DNA from: Bdellovibrionota bacterium | GTDB taxonomy: Bacteria; Bdellovibrionota_C; UBA2361; OMII01 | Assembly: GCA_044345405.1 (NCBI GenBank) | Contig: JBIJBE010000001.1 | Span: forward strand, 96,001 to 160,000 | Direction of reading: 5' to 3' | DNA: 64,000 nucleotides | In this document: in pieces, positions 10,375 to 20,055 of the stretch | How positions within the stretch are numbered: position 1 is the first letter of the stretch | Layout: each line of letters begins with the position of its first letter | The notes under the pieces: model-generated | Told to the model about the DNA's origin: nothing | The model's database searches: none | Seen by the model: only the letters and a program-made list of their open reading frames with translations | Position numbers and translations under genes: made by a program

Positions 10375-10759
10375 ACCTTTATCCGGTAGCGCTAGCCTTT
10401 CCTAAAGGGTCGGCCGCCACGCTATAACCTTAATGAATCTGGGCTATTTAGTGCCTAAACTCTCTATATTTGATGCCGGAAGTGCCGATATAAGTTCGCT
10501 GTGAACACACTATCAGGCACTTAGGATGAGAGGAATCGACCTCCCTTCAATTACTTGGACATCCCTATCAGTGTGAGGGGAGTTCGCTGAGAGGGCAAGT
10601 CCCCCAGGAGCGAGTTCCACCTTTAGTTTTCTCGGTATTCACAGAAACACCAGGGGTGGGGGCTCGAGTGCCTAACGCCGGGGTGCCTCGATGGAGAGTT
10701 CCGAGGGGGTGTGGTACGGTCTGAAGGATCGAGAAGTGGCCAAGGGGGAGTAAGGTATC

Positions 10760-11431
10760 ATGATGGCAGGGCGACGGATTATCACCGTAGATGGAGTGGG
10801 CGCATCGGGCAAGAGCGCGCTTGCGCGCCTTCTCGCGGAGCGTCTTGGATTCGCGCACCTCAATTCAGGGCTTCTCTATAGGGCGGCGGGATTTTTGGTC
10901 TCTCAGGCCGGTATCTCATCTGACGATAACGCCGCTGTTGGTAATCTGCTCAAGCGTCACACCATTGAACTCAAGTACGACCGTACAACAGGTAATCAGG
11001 TCTTCATCGATGGCGTCCTTCGTGACTCCGAGATTCAGACCCAAGAGGTCTCAAAGCTAGCGTCCTTCGTGGCCAAGCTCCCTTCCGTTCGTGATCACTT
11101 TGTCGATGTGCAGCGGACTGCCTTCGCGCCGGCCGGTGTGGTGGCTGAGGGGCGTGATATGGGAACGGTCATATTTCCTGAGGCATCCCCGAAATTTTTT
11201 ATAAACGCAGATCTCCGTGTTCGCGCCGAGCGCCGTCGGGCGCAGCTTCTGGCGAAGGGCGAGGTGGCTGACCTCGAGACGATCGAACGTGACCTTTCCC
11301 GACGTGACTACGACGACGAACACCGGGCGTTGGCTCCAATGAAGCCGGCGGAGGGCGCGGTTTTGATCGATAATTCCTCTGGTACCCTGGAGGAGATCGT
11401 GGAGAAGATGTTCCGTCACGCGATCGGATAG
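10760..11431 (+). CDS. cmk: Cytidylate kinase
   Basis: DGVGASGKS, LYRA, EGRDMGTVIFP, RDYDD. Confidence 0.93.
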   Translation: MMAGRRIITVDGVGASGKSALARLLAERLGFAHLNSGLLYRAAGFLVSQAGISSDDNAAVGNLLKRHTIELKYDRTTGNQVFIDGVLRDSEIQTQEVSKLASFVAKLPSVRDHFVDVQRTAFAPAGVVAEGRDMGTVIFPEASPKFFINADLRVRAERRRAQLLAKGEVADLETIERDLSRRDYDDEHRALAPMKPAEGAVLIDNSSGTLEEIVEKMFRHAIG

Positions 11432-11464
11432 AACCCTCGGCCTTTCTCTACTCTTGTTGCGCCA

Positions 11465-12262
11465 CTAATTTTGGACCTGACAACCTTGAGGAACAACCGG
11501 CGGCAACTTGTTCGCTCTGTCTTGGCAATTACACATGCCGTCATTGCCGAGCCATATGCATTGCCCGCTGTCGCTACAGCAGTTTGGATTCTCGCAGCCG
11601 GCGTCATTTGGACAGGTCTTGCAGTCCTCGCCCGCGTCGATCTGGCAGTTTCCGCACTTACACTCTGTATCTGACATACACGTCTTAGTCCGCTCGCAAC
11701 AGGTTTGGCCGTCACCCTGGCACTTATGGTCGTTGGGACAGACTTCGCAGCTGGTTGGAACGCACTGTCCTTGATGACAGCACTCTCCCTCCTTACACGA
11801 GCCACCCTCCGAGCAGTTGGGCGTTGGGCTAGCGTCTGGAGTCGCTGTCGACGGTACTGTCGCTGTTGCCTCTGTAGTCGGTGTTGTCTCTGGAGTCGGT
11901 GTTGTCTCTGGAGTCGCTGCTGTCTCCGGTGTTGCCAAAGCCGTTGGTTCAGTTGTCGCCTCTGCAGTGGGTTCCGTTGTTGGCTCCGTCGTTGGCTCCG
12001 TCGTTGGCTCTGTTGTTGGCTCCGTTGTTGGCTCTACGGTGGGTTCCACGCCAGTACCGTCTGAGGAGCCAGTACCATCAGAGGAGTTTGAATACCCCTC
12101 TGACCCGTAGTTCTCCATCTGAGCCCACGCGGCGGAGTTACATCCGATGATCAGGGTTGTGAGGAGCGCGATCCACACGGAGCGGGAGTTGAGCGGATGC
12201 CGCCCACCACTTCGTTGTAGCCCAAAAATACTGCAAGATATCATCGGTCTCATCTTGTTCAC
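11465..12262 (-). CDS. Secreted protein with PTTE repeats and a Cys-rich C-terminal domain; true start uncertain
   Basis: Hydrophobic signal-like segment ending AAWA, (PTTE)n linker, CGNCQIDAGEDC..CP.D motif. Confidence 0.75.
   Translation of the reverse strand: MNKMRPMISCSIFGLQRSGGRHPLNSRSVWIALLTTLIIGCNSAAWAQMENYGSEGYSNSSDGTGSSDGTGVEPTVEPTTEPTTEPTTEPTTEPTTEPTAEATTEPTALATPETAATPETTPTPETTPTTEATATVPSTATPDASPTPNCSEGGSCKEGECCHQGQCVPTSCEVCPNDHKCQGDGQTCCERTKTCMSDTECKCGNCQIDAGEDCKTCPNDAGCENPNCCSDSGQCIWLGNDGMCNCQDRANKLPPVVPQGCQVQN
11880..12049. repeat. Coding tandem repeats (12-bp PTTE and 18-bp TPETT units)
   Basis: GGCTCCGTCGTT-like units at about 11970-12049; GGTGTTGTCTCTGGAGTC twice from 11880. 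Confidence 0.85.
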
Positions 12263-14251
12263 TCACTTTTTAAGCATTCGAAGGCTTCCCGGCACCATTC
12301 GCTTCGCCGTCCAGGACATCTTCAGGCTCGGTCCGCCCTTGGTGGCTGAGCTCGAGCCGGTTAATACGCCCTTCTTTTCATCGAGCGTCGCGGTCGAGGT
12401 GGTGATAACACCACCGTAATTCGCCGTCATCTTCACCGTTCGAGAGTTCCCTGTCTTCGAGATAGTACCAGCAAGGAGAGCTTTGTCGTAGAAGCTTCTC
12501 ACTCCCTTGGCGTTCGGCTTTTGACGGCGCTCGACGATGGAGACGCCCGCCATTCGATCTTTGTTCTCCTCAAGGAAGAACACTCCACCTGTCGTTGGGT
12601 CGGAATCGTGTTGCCAGATCCAGAATCCGTCGAGAGGACCCTGTGGTTCGAGCGCCCTAGTAGAACGATACGCCTCTTGAGGGCTTGTCGCCACCGGCTC
12701 GTGAGGAGACACCGAAGGGGCTCGATCGAGTTCCGCGAGGGCCAAGCGTTTGGAGGTATAGGTGTCTGAGTACCAATCGAAGGTGTTTCCTCGCACGGTC
12801 TTACCCTTCGTCGTAGTTCGTTCGTATCCGTTCACGGAGAGGAGCGTTCCACTCTTTGGATCTACGGTGTCGTAACTCGTTCTCAGCTCGGTTATTCCCT
12901 TCGATGTCGCCGGTACAACCTCGCCCTGATCGGCTATGGCGTTTTGGTTCGCGTCGAACCATAGGGCGATAGGCTCAAGCTCCTGCCCGCGCACGAATCC
13001 GTCCTTATTGATGTCGAGTTCAGCGAGCGCTTGATAACCGTTGTCCCACTCATCCACGGAGGACGGAGCCGAGCTTCGCGATACGAGGCGAACCGCCTTC
13101 CGTCCACCGAAGGTCCAATTTCCAAAGAGCTGCCGGCCATCGACGACCTTACCGGTGTGTTGCGGATCGTACACGAGGAGCGGTCGTTCCGCGCTCGCTT
13201 TCCACACAACCCAAGGATTCCGTTGTTTCGGCGCGAGTTTAAATCGTACAACGGTCCAGCTGTCCTCCCCACCGAGGTCGAGACCGAGCGGGCTTACGAT
13301 GTACCCCACGTTGATCGTTCCGCAGCTGCGGGCATCGTTGGAAACCACTATAGGATTACAATTTTCACCGACCGCCAGCTTTTGCCCGACCTCAGCCGGT
13401 TGAAGCGCCGCGATCTCCTCAGGTGTGAGGTCTCCGCCCGCCGCATTCAGGGCATCAAACAGGGCAGTAACCCAAGCGCCTTCTTTTGAAAATAATCTCT
13501 CCCACGCAACCTGGAACATGTTGTCATCATCATAACGAGCGTTGCCCGTTCCGGTTTGTCGAAGCACGCCGGTAGCGCATCCCGCCCCACCTCCCTGAAC
13601 GACATCCCCGCCAAAGGTTGGGATCTCTTGGTCGTACTCGCAGTAGAAGATGCTGATCTCGGTCTCGAGATCGTAGTACGAGCAGGTTGGCGTGAAGGTG
13701 GGGGTAATCGTGGCGGTGAGAGTCGGTGTTATCGTAACTGTTTGAGTTGGCGATGGTCGGTTTGTTGGAGTTGACGTAGCCGTTACCGTCCCCGTGTTGC
13801 TTGCCGTTGGTGTTGCAGTGTTAGTTGGTGTTGCGGATCTTGTTAATGTTGGTGTCGCAGATCTTGTTATCGTTGGTGTCAGTGTTGGCGTCCTGCTCGG
13901 GGTGACCGTTGCGGTGGGCGTATCCGGAATGACCACTACCTTCTCGGTCGGTGTGGCGGTGAAGGTGAATGTTGGAGTCGGACATTCTGGTCCATAGAAA
14001 ATCACCGTCTCGTTGGGACATGGGGGACGTCCAGGTGAAGGATACTGAATTATGGGACGCGGAATGGCGACGAATTGGCCGCATGGAATCTCGGGGGGCG
14101 GGGTCGGATCCCCAAGAATGCAGTCTTGAAATGAATTAAACGACTCCGGGCTCCTCACGTCGGTGGCGCCGGATTGAGCAAGGGGCGTGGAGTGGGGGAT
14201 GGTGAAGGTTGAGATCACCGCAAGCAAAACGAAAAGCAAAGCTCTCTTCAT
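12263..14251 (-). CDS. Secreted protein with a Thr/Pro-rich stalk and an SPLxLDL/EF-hand-like Ca-binding domain
   Basis: Signal peptide, long PT repeats, SPLGLDL, ELFG-like RQLFGN, LDINKDG, WFDANQN. Confidence 0.75.
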   Translation of the reverse strand: MKRALLFVLLAVISTFTIPHSTPLAQSGATDVRSPESFNSFQDCILGDPTPPPEIPCGQFVAIPRPIIQYPSPGRPPCPNETVIFYGPECPTPTFTFTATPTEKVVVIPDTPTATVTPSRTPTLTPTITRSATPTLTRSATPTNTATPTASNTGTVTATSTPTNRPSPTQTVTITPTLTATITPTFTPTCSYYDLETEISIFYCEYDQEIPTFGGDVVQGGGAGCATGVLRQTGTGNARYDDDNMFQVAWERLFSKEGAWVTALFDALNAAGGDLTPEEIAALQPAEVGQKLAVGENCNPIVVSNDARSCGTINVGYIVSPLGLDLGGEDSWTVVRFKLAPKQRNPWVVWKASAERPLLVYDPQHTGKVVDGRQLFGNWTFGGRKAVRLVSRSSAPSSVDEWDNGYQALAELDINKDGFVRGQELEPIALWFDANQNAIADQGEVVPATSKGITELRTSYDTVDPKSGTLLSVNGYERTTTKGKTVRGNTFDWYSDTYTSKRLALAELDRAPSVSPHEPVATSPQEAYRSTRALEPQGPLDGFWIWQHDSDPTTGGVFFLEENKDRMAGVSIVERRQKPNAKGVRSFYDKALLAGTISKTGNSRTVKMTANYGGVITTSTATLDEKKGVLTGSSSATKGGPSLKMSWTAKRMVPGSLRMLKK

Positions 14252-14577
14252 ACAACCTTCAGAAGTAACCACTCTACAGCGTATCAGGCCAGACCGATCC
14301 CGAGCGCGTTGGAATGCGCTGGGATGAACATGAACCCATGTAGCTTCCTAGAAGTATACCAGGGGCAAAGGAGCTTGGTAAACCAATGATTTTAGGAAAT
14401 TGTCGAGCGCGAAGTGGCTGCTTGTGTGGGCGAGCATGGTCGTGGACCGCGGCGATAAATGCATGAAGGGACTACGTTTGTGGGTTATTCAAGAGATGAA
14501 AGCATCGCCAATTCCTGGGTGGCGCTACGGCTTTCTCGCACCGGATACGGGCCGCGCTGGTGGCGGCTCCAGTGCTC

Positions 14578-15666
14578 TTACCGGGGAGCCTCTGTTCCAA
14601 GATTTAGCACGAACGCCACGATACCCAACACGATGTTCGCTGACCAGGCCGCGAGGAACGGTGGAAGGAGCTCCGCTCGTCCCATCGAGATGCTAAATGA
14701 GTCGACCGCGTAGTAGAGGAACGCTATCGAGATCGCGGCGATCGAGGTGAGCGCCATGCTCCCGGATCGGGCCGGTAAGAGGGTGAACGGGAGGACGAGC
14801 ATTCCGGTTATGAAGATGATGAGAGGGGCCGCAATCTTACTGTAGAGGTCCGGCATGTACTGGGTCGTTGAGATCCCGTTTCGTTTGAGCTTTTTGATGA
14901 ACCGTCGAAGTTCCGAAAAGCTCATCGTGGAGGGATCGCTCTTCACGTCGTAGAAGTCGCTCGGAATCTCCTTGATGGGAAGTGGTAGTGAGCGAAGGCG
15001 CTCGACGAACATCGGATTCCTATCGAAGTGATAGGTGGTGACATCGCGCATGTTCCACCCAAGTCCCTGATCGATCCAGTGGGCGGTTCGAGCGTCCGTG
15101 CGTTTTGACACCCGCCAGTCATCGGGAATATCAAATTGAGAGAGGGAGTGGATGGTATTTGTACGTGAGTCGAAGAGATCGAAGGCGTAGAAATTGTCTC
15201 CGTGACGCCACCAGAAGTCCGATTGGCTGTATCCGCCCTTTTTGTCCTTTTGCCGAATGTCGATGTTATAGAGCTCCTTTTGTCGTCGCTCAGAGAAGGG
15301 GACAACGACCTCGCCGAGGAGGAGCGAGAAAGCCGACAGTCCGAGGCCGAACATCATCAGGGGGCGCCCGAGCCACGCCACCGTAACGCCAGCCGCCCGC
15401 ATCGCCGTTATCTCGGAGCTCTTTGACAGGAGTCCGTACGTGAAGAGGGTCGCGAAGATGAGCGCAACCGGAAGCATGAGCTGCGCCATAAGGGGCACCT
15501 TGCAGAGGAAGTACTGAACAATTAGCCACGCTGAAGCCCCTTCGCCGAGGACGTTGTCGATGCGATCGATAAAGTCGACGACGAGGAAGAGAAATACGAA
15601 GGTCGTGAGACCTATGATAAAGTTCCTAACGAGGAGGGAGAGGATGTAACGGTGAAGGATCTTCAT
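14578..15666 (-). CDS. lptG: LPS export ABC transporter permease LptG
   Basis: ILHRYI, SEITAMRAAG, AAWSANI; downstream of lptF with overlapping stop/start. Confidence 0.88.
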   Translation of the reverse strand: MKILHRYILSLLVRNFIIGLTTFVFLFLVVDFIDRIDNVLGEGASAWLIVQYFLCKVPLMAQLMLPVALIFATLFTYGLLSKSSEITAMRAAGVTVAWLGRPLMMFGLGLSAFSLLLGEVVVPFSERRQKELYNIDIRQKDKKGGYSQSDFWWRHGDNFYAFDLFDSRTNTIHSLSQFDIPDDWRVSKRTDARTAHWIDQGLGWNMRDVTTYHFDRNPMFVERLRSLPLPIKEIPSDFYDVKSDPSTMSFSELRRFIKKLKRNGISTTQYMPDLYSKIAAPLIIFITGMLVLPFTLLPARSGSMALTSIAAISIAFLYYAVDSFSISMGRAELLPPFLAAWSANIVLGIVAFVLNLGTEAPR

Positions 15667-16907
15667 TTCGCCTTCCTCCATCGCTTGGTGAACGTGCCCA
15701 CTCTCTCTATCGCTTTTTGAGCTCCCTCAGATACTGACTGCCACTGCTCTGTTCCTACTTTGTAGACGAGGAGCGCCGCGATCGCCGTCGTTATGATGTT
15801 GGGGGCCCACAGCGCTACGCCGACCTTAAGCGCTCCCCTATCCGCCATGGTGAGGCCGATAGAAAAAATTGAGTAGTAAAGAATAAATACGACGAGCCCC
15901 AACGTCGCGGCGAATCCCGCGCCCCAGGTCCGTTGGGTTCGAGGAGACATAATACCGAGGGCCATGCCGATGAACGCCATCACAACGGACGCGTAGGGAA
16001 GAGAGAGTCGTTGCCCATACTCGATCTTAGCGCGGCGAAACTTTTTGAGGAGCTCCTTCCGTGTGAGCGTCTGACCGTATACCTCAATAGCGTCCCCTTC
16101 GGTGGAGCGAATCTTCTGTTTGTAGTGCTGTACCGTCTCAAGGAGTTTGGGCCCCGAGAGCTCGCGGGCGACGGCTCCCTTCTTGGCATCCTCTTTGAGC
16201 TCCGATGGATTGACGCTCAAGCTGTTCGATTGAAATTCGGTGCGAGAGTAGTTCTCCCCATCGGTCTCGTGGGCGACCCCCTCACCGAGAAGGAGTGAGA
16301 GAGTTTGAGTCTCCTCATCCGCCACGATCTTTCCTCGACGAGCGACGACCACCTTGCGCTGTGTATCGTTTCGTTTGTCATCGACGATGACCTTGAGGAG
16401 ATCTCCGGTCTGGTAGTCGATCTTCTCTGCGTAGAGGGTGAGTTGTCCGATCTTGTTGAACACACCCTCCGTGAGACCTGAGGTGCTCTTTGAACGGGCG
16501 ATCTCGAAGAGCGCCGTGGAGAGGGTAGAGAAACCCCACGGCCGGAGTACGAAAGAGACGAAGAGCCCAGTGGATCCGACCACAACGGCGAAAATCCCGA
16601 TCGGGAGCATGAACTTAAGAAGGCTGATCCCGCTCGCCCGAAGAACCACCATTTCGGAGTCTCCGCACATTCGGGCAAACGCGAGCATCACTCCAAGAAG
16701 GGTAGACATCGGAAGAGCGATCTCAAGGAAGGTGGGAATGATAGCCAAGAAGACCTTAGCTATCTGACCCAACTCCACCCCGCGATTCACGATGAGCGAT
16801 GTGAGCTTCAACATCCGCACGGTCAGGAGAAGTCCCGTGAAGGTTAGGAGGCTGATTGAGAAGAAGGTGAACACCTCTTTCAGCACGTATCGGGAGATAA
16901 TTCTCAC
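15663..16907 (-). CDS. lptF: LPS export ABC transporter permease LptF
   Basis: IISRYV, DSEMVVLRASGIS, EGVFN, WAPNI. Confidence 0.88.
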   Translation of the reverse strand: MRIISRYVLKEVFTFFSISLLTFTGLLLTVRMLKLTSLIVNRGVELGQIAKVFLAIIPTFLEIALPMSTLLGVMLAFARMCGDSEMVVLRASGISLLKFMLPIGIFAVVVGSTGLFVSFVLRPWGFSTLSTALFEIARSKSTSGLTEGVFNKIGQLTLYAEKIDYQTGDLLKVIVDDKRNDTQRKVVVARRGKIVADEETQTLSLLLGEGVAHETDGENYSRTEFQSNSLSVNPSELKEDAKKGAVARELSGPKLLETVQHYKQKIRSTEGDAIEVYGQTLTRKELLKKFRRAKIEYGQRLSLPYASVVMAFIGMALGIMSPRTQRTWGAGFAATLGLVVFILYYSIFSIGLTMADRGALKVGVALWAPNIITTAIAALLVYKVGTEQWQSVSEGAQKAIERVGTFTKRWRKAK

Positions 16908-17021
16908 AGGCGGTTTTCTCGGATTCGCTAATCAACAGAAATCTAACCCGTTGGTTGCTGAAGGCCAAGGGGCGCAGATGGGCGACTGAGGGAAATTGCG
17001 ACCAAGCTTGACCCTTGATCA

Positions 17022-17139
17022 GGGAGGGCGGTCATTCCTGACCGCCGTGTTGCGTGAGGTGAAGGTGTTATCGAGGGATGTAACCTTTCGGCGACCAACC
17101 TGTCCCGAGCACAGTCGAGGGCGGAATGGTCGCCCTCCC
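17022..17139. repeat. REP doublet; second unit (17089-17139) carries an internal insert of about 25 bp
   Basis: Unit 17022-17047 is canonical; second reads CGGCGACCA-[ACCTGTCCCGAGCACAGTCGAGGGC]-GGAATGGTCGCCCTCCC. Confidence 0.85.
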
Positions 17140-17143
17140 GAGC

Positions 17144-17171
17144 AAAAAAAGAGGAGCCTCACGGCTCCTCT
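17144..17171 (-). terminator. rpsU terminator
   Basis: GAGGAGCC-TCAC-GGCTCCTC stem preceded by an A7 run on the + strand. Confidence 0.8.
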
Positions 17172-17201
17172 CTCTTTCAATCTTACTCGTGCGAGCAAAG
17201 A

Positions 17202-17546
17202 TTACATGAGGCCTGGTCCCTTGTTGAGACGAGCCTGCTCTTTGCGCTGCTTCTTACGCGACTCTTTCTCCTTGCGCTTGCGGCGCTCGGATGGCTTCTC
17301 GTAGTACTTGCGAGCCTTGAGCTCCTTGAAGAGACCTTCCTTGATGAGCTTACGCTTGAGGATCTTCATCGCCTTCTCGATGTTGTGAGAAACAACTACT
17401 TCCATCGCCCCTGCACGAGCGCGATCATCGCCTGGAGCCGCAGCACGTGGCTCACGTGCTCGTGGAGCACCGCCTACTGTCTCAGTGCTTGTCTTTGCTG
17501 TTGTCTTCTCAGAATCAACTTCGTCGTTCATAGCTCCAACTACCAT
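17202..17546 (-). CDS. rpsU: 30S ribosomal protein S21, possibly with an N-terminal extension
   Basis: EKAMKILKRK, YYEKPSERRKRK; alternative start at MEVVV (17405). Confidence 0.9.
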   Translation of the reverse strand: MVVGAMNDEVDSEKTTAKTSTETVGGAPRAREPRAAAPGDDRARAGAMEVVVSHNIEKAMKILKRKLIKEGLFKELKARKYYEKPSERRKRKEKESRKKQRKEQARLNKGPGLM

Positions 17547-17764
17547 TTCAAATCCATGCTTACATTACGTTCCCTTCTGGGAACCACTACACACGTGTCA
17601 TCCGTGTGATTTAAGGATGTGGTTTTCTATCAAAAAACAGGGGGATAAGTAAAGAGATGGGGATTTTGGGGGCAGGGGGGAAAGATGTACCCAACTCGCG
17701 GAGTGCAGCTTCTCGAGCGTTGGGATGATATTATGATTAGAATCAGTTGGTTAGATGTTATTTG

Positions 17765-17931
17765 CGGCGACCGGGGACGGTCGCCCTCCCGAGTGCGCCT
17801 CTCGATCTGGTAGGGCGGTCGTTCCCCCCTTTCGCTAAAGCTACGGGGGCCAAGCCTGACTGCCGTGTTACATAGGGCAAATGTCCTTTGCCATCCGGGG
17901 TGGTTCGGCGAGCAGGAATGCTCGCCCTCCC
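17765..17931. repeat. REP triplet: 17765-17790, 17809-17865 (with insert) and 17906-17931
   Basis: Two canonical units plus one with CCCCTTTCGCTAAAGCTACGGGGGCCAAGCC in its loop. Confidence 0.85.
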
Positions 17932-17954
17932 GTCGTGCCAATCGTAACGGGGGA

Positions 17955-18863
17955 TTACCCCAACTCAATCACCGTAATCTCCGGCGGACAGTTAACCCGT
18001 ATCGGCAGCCCGACGACCCCAAGACCCCGCGAGGTGTACACATACCCCGTATCGATATCGGTGAGTCCCGACATGAAGCGGGGATCCTGAACGGGGATGA
18101 CCACCCCCATCAGTCCCGGTACACGAACCTGTCCACCGTGTGTGTGTCCACACAGCGCGAGGTCGAAAGCGTTTTTCTCCTCTTCAAGGAGCATCGCTAC
18201 GTAATCCGGGTTGTGACTGAGAAGTATGCGGGTCGACACGGTCGAGCGAGGGGGAGGTTTGATCGGGAAGCCGGTGAGAAAATCATCGACACCGAGAAGC
18301 TCGATCGACGCATCGCCCCGCGCGATATGGTGTGACTCGTTGATCAAGATTCGTAGTGAGGGATGCGCGCGAGCGGCCATCATGAACAACTCGATCGAAT
18401 TCCAATGCTCGTGATTTCCCACGACACCTACAATTCCGTCGGGGAAGGTGTACGTAGCGATGAGGCCACACACGTCGGAGAACGCCTTGCGCGCCATCTC
18501 CTCGCGGGACATGTCCAGATAATCGGTATTTCGTATGCACCCAGTTGTGTCCCACAACGGGTTGTCGCTCACAAAGATGTAGTCGCCACCAAGAAGGAGG
18601 ATATCGACCTTTTCACGCTGGAGCGTTTCTATCGCGTCGGTAATCCACGACTGCGGAACCCAGAGTCCTAGGTGAAGGTCCGTAAGGTAGCCGATACGGT
18701 ACCCTTTGAAGGCACGAGGAAGGTTCGGAACGGAAAGCTTGAGCCTCTCCAGTACGGGTGTGCCAGTGTAGCCATCGGAGCGCATGTCGCGTGTAACCGC
18801 GGCGACGGCGATACCTGTTCCCGCGAGTGTGGCTGATTGAAGGAGTGCGCGACGAGAGAGCAT
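17955..18863 (-). CDS. Calcineurin-like metallophosphoesterase (YkuE/YaeI type) with Tat-like signal
   Basis: SRRALL, TDLH, GGDY, GNHE, SHNPD, GHTHGGQ. Confidence 0.9.
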   Translation of the reverse strand: MLSRRALLQSATLAGTGIAVAAVTRDMRSDGYTGTPVLERLKLSVPNLPRAFKGYRIGYLTDLHLGLWVPQSWITDAIETLQREKVDILLLGGDYIFVSDNPLWDTTGCIRNTDYLDMSREEMARKAFSDVCGLIATYTFPDGIVGVVGNHEHWNSIELFMMAARAHPSLRILINESHHIARGDASIELLGVDDFLTGFPIKPPPRSTVSTRILLSHNPDYVAMLLEEEKNAFDLALCGHTHGGQVRVPGLMGVVIPVQDPRFMSGLTDIDTGYVYTSRGLGVVGLPIRVNCPPEITVIELG

Positions 18864-18902
18864 GAACACTTATACGCCGGAACGGAGCGTCAGGGGAGGG
18901 GC

Positions 18903-19502
18903 TTACTCGGTTAACCCTTTGCGGCGTGACCATGCTTGGCGCGCGCGATGGGATCTGACCGCCATCGCCCATCCTCCTGAGCGAATCCACGCGTTCATCG
19001 CGGAGATGTCGGGGTGTCTGGCTTCAAGGGAACGAAACTCAGCGCCATGCCATTGGCGCTTTCCACTTTGAAGGTGAACCCCCTCGCCAATAACGGCGTG
19101 ACAAAGCTCATGGTAGAGCACGGGTGCTATCCATCGACACGCGGTTGGCTCAAAGAGCTCCTTCGCCACTACGACCCTTCGGCGCCTGATATTGCAGGAA
19201 GCGAGAACCCGCTTCTGCGCGCGGCTACTCCACGCGACGACGTAGGAATCGAGCTCGGGACGATCGGGATAGTACTCCGCTCTCAGGTTCGTCCATAGGT
19301 TGTGGAGAAACTCGTCGCTCTTTCCCTGGGCAGAGCCCCTCGTTACTCGTGCTTGACGACGACGCGGGGAACGAACGGCACGTTGTGTTGTCCTCGAAAA
19401 GAGAAGCTCGATCTGTCGTATGAGCGTTCGGGCTGTGCGGTTAGATATCGTCATCTTTGAGGTCGATAAAAAAGATGCCAGCGAGGAAATCAGCGAACTC
19501 AT
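18903..19502 (-). CDS. SprT-like zinc metalloprotease domain protein
   Basis: VLYHELCHA followed by WHGAEFR. Confidence 0.75.
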   Translation of the reverse strand: MSSLISSLASFLSTSKMTISNRTARTLIRQIELLFSRTTQRAVRSPRRRQARVTRGSAQGKSDEFLHNLWTNLRAEYYPDRPELDSYVVAWSSRAQKRVLASCNIRRRRVVVAKELFEPTACRWIAPVLYHELCHAVIGEGVHLQSGKRQWHGAEFRSLEARHPDISAMNAWIRSGGWAMAVRSHRARQAWSRRKGLTE

Positions 19503-19995
19503 CGACGCATACCCCGCCGTACGCGCCGGCTACAAGAAGGTCGGCTCCGAGGCCAATCTCTCCCGGGCACACATTTCGGTCCGAAGAGTTTACATACGCC
19601 GGGCCAACGCCGAACTCGTTGCTCGATTCTATAAGGAACGGCATCTGTCTTCCGAAGTCTCCAACGCGCAGAGACGCTGGTGCCATCTGACGATAGCCAA
19701 TCTCACCGTACTTGGTGACTCGAACCACCGCCCCGAACGATGGCCCTACACCCACGTCGACTCGAAACACATCGATAAGGTCCAGCACGCGGTTCGGAAG
19801 CCATAACAGTATCTGCGACCAGATCGGACTTCCCTCGCCTTTCTCGATCGGTTCGAGTTTCGACCATCCCTCTTTGGGGCTGGTGGGGACGAGGTCATTG
19901 TAATTTCCGTCGGTGTATCGATCTTGGGCGACCGAGGGCTGCGCAGAGCACAGGACTACGGCACTGAGAAGAAAGGAGTGGAATATGTGTCGCAT
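19441..19995 (-). CDS. Hypothetical secreted or outer-membrane protein
   Basis: Signal peptide, NRVLDLIDVFR, Gly-rich beta strands, D-rich end. Confidence 0.7.
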   Translation of the reverse strand: MRHIFHSFLLSAVVLCSAQPSVAQDRYTDGNYNDLVPTSPKEGWSKLEPIEKGEGSPIWSQILLWLPNRVLDLIDVFRVDVGVGPSFGAVVRVTKYGEIGYRQMAPASLRVGDFGRQMPFLIESSNEFGVGPAYVNSSDRNVCPGEIGLGADLLVAGAYGGVCVDEFADFLAGIFFIDLKDDDI

Positions 19996-20055
19996 GCGAA
20001 CCTGTATACCACCCGAGGGCATCGGGGTGAACTGGGAATATTGGCTGGGACCCGG

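Noticed and set aside
10375-10759. Riboswitch or ncRNA between patatin and cmk
   Set aside because: Only weak G-rich pairing; explained adequately as a divergent promoter region.
11880-12049. Tandem repeats as a non-coding array
   Set aside because: Unit lengths are multiples of 3 with wobble variation; they encode the PTTE linker.
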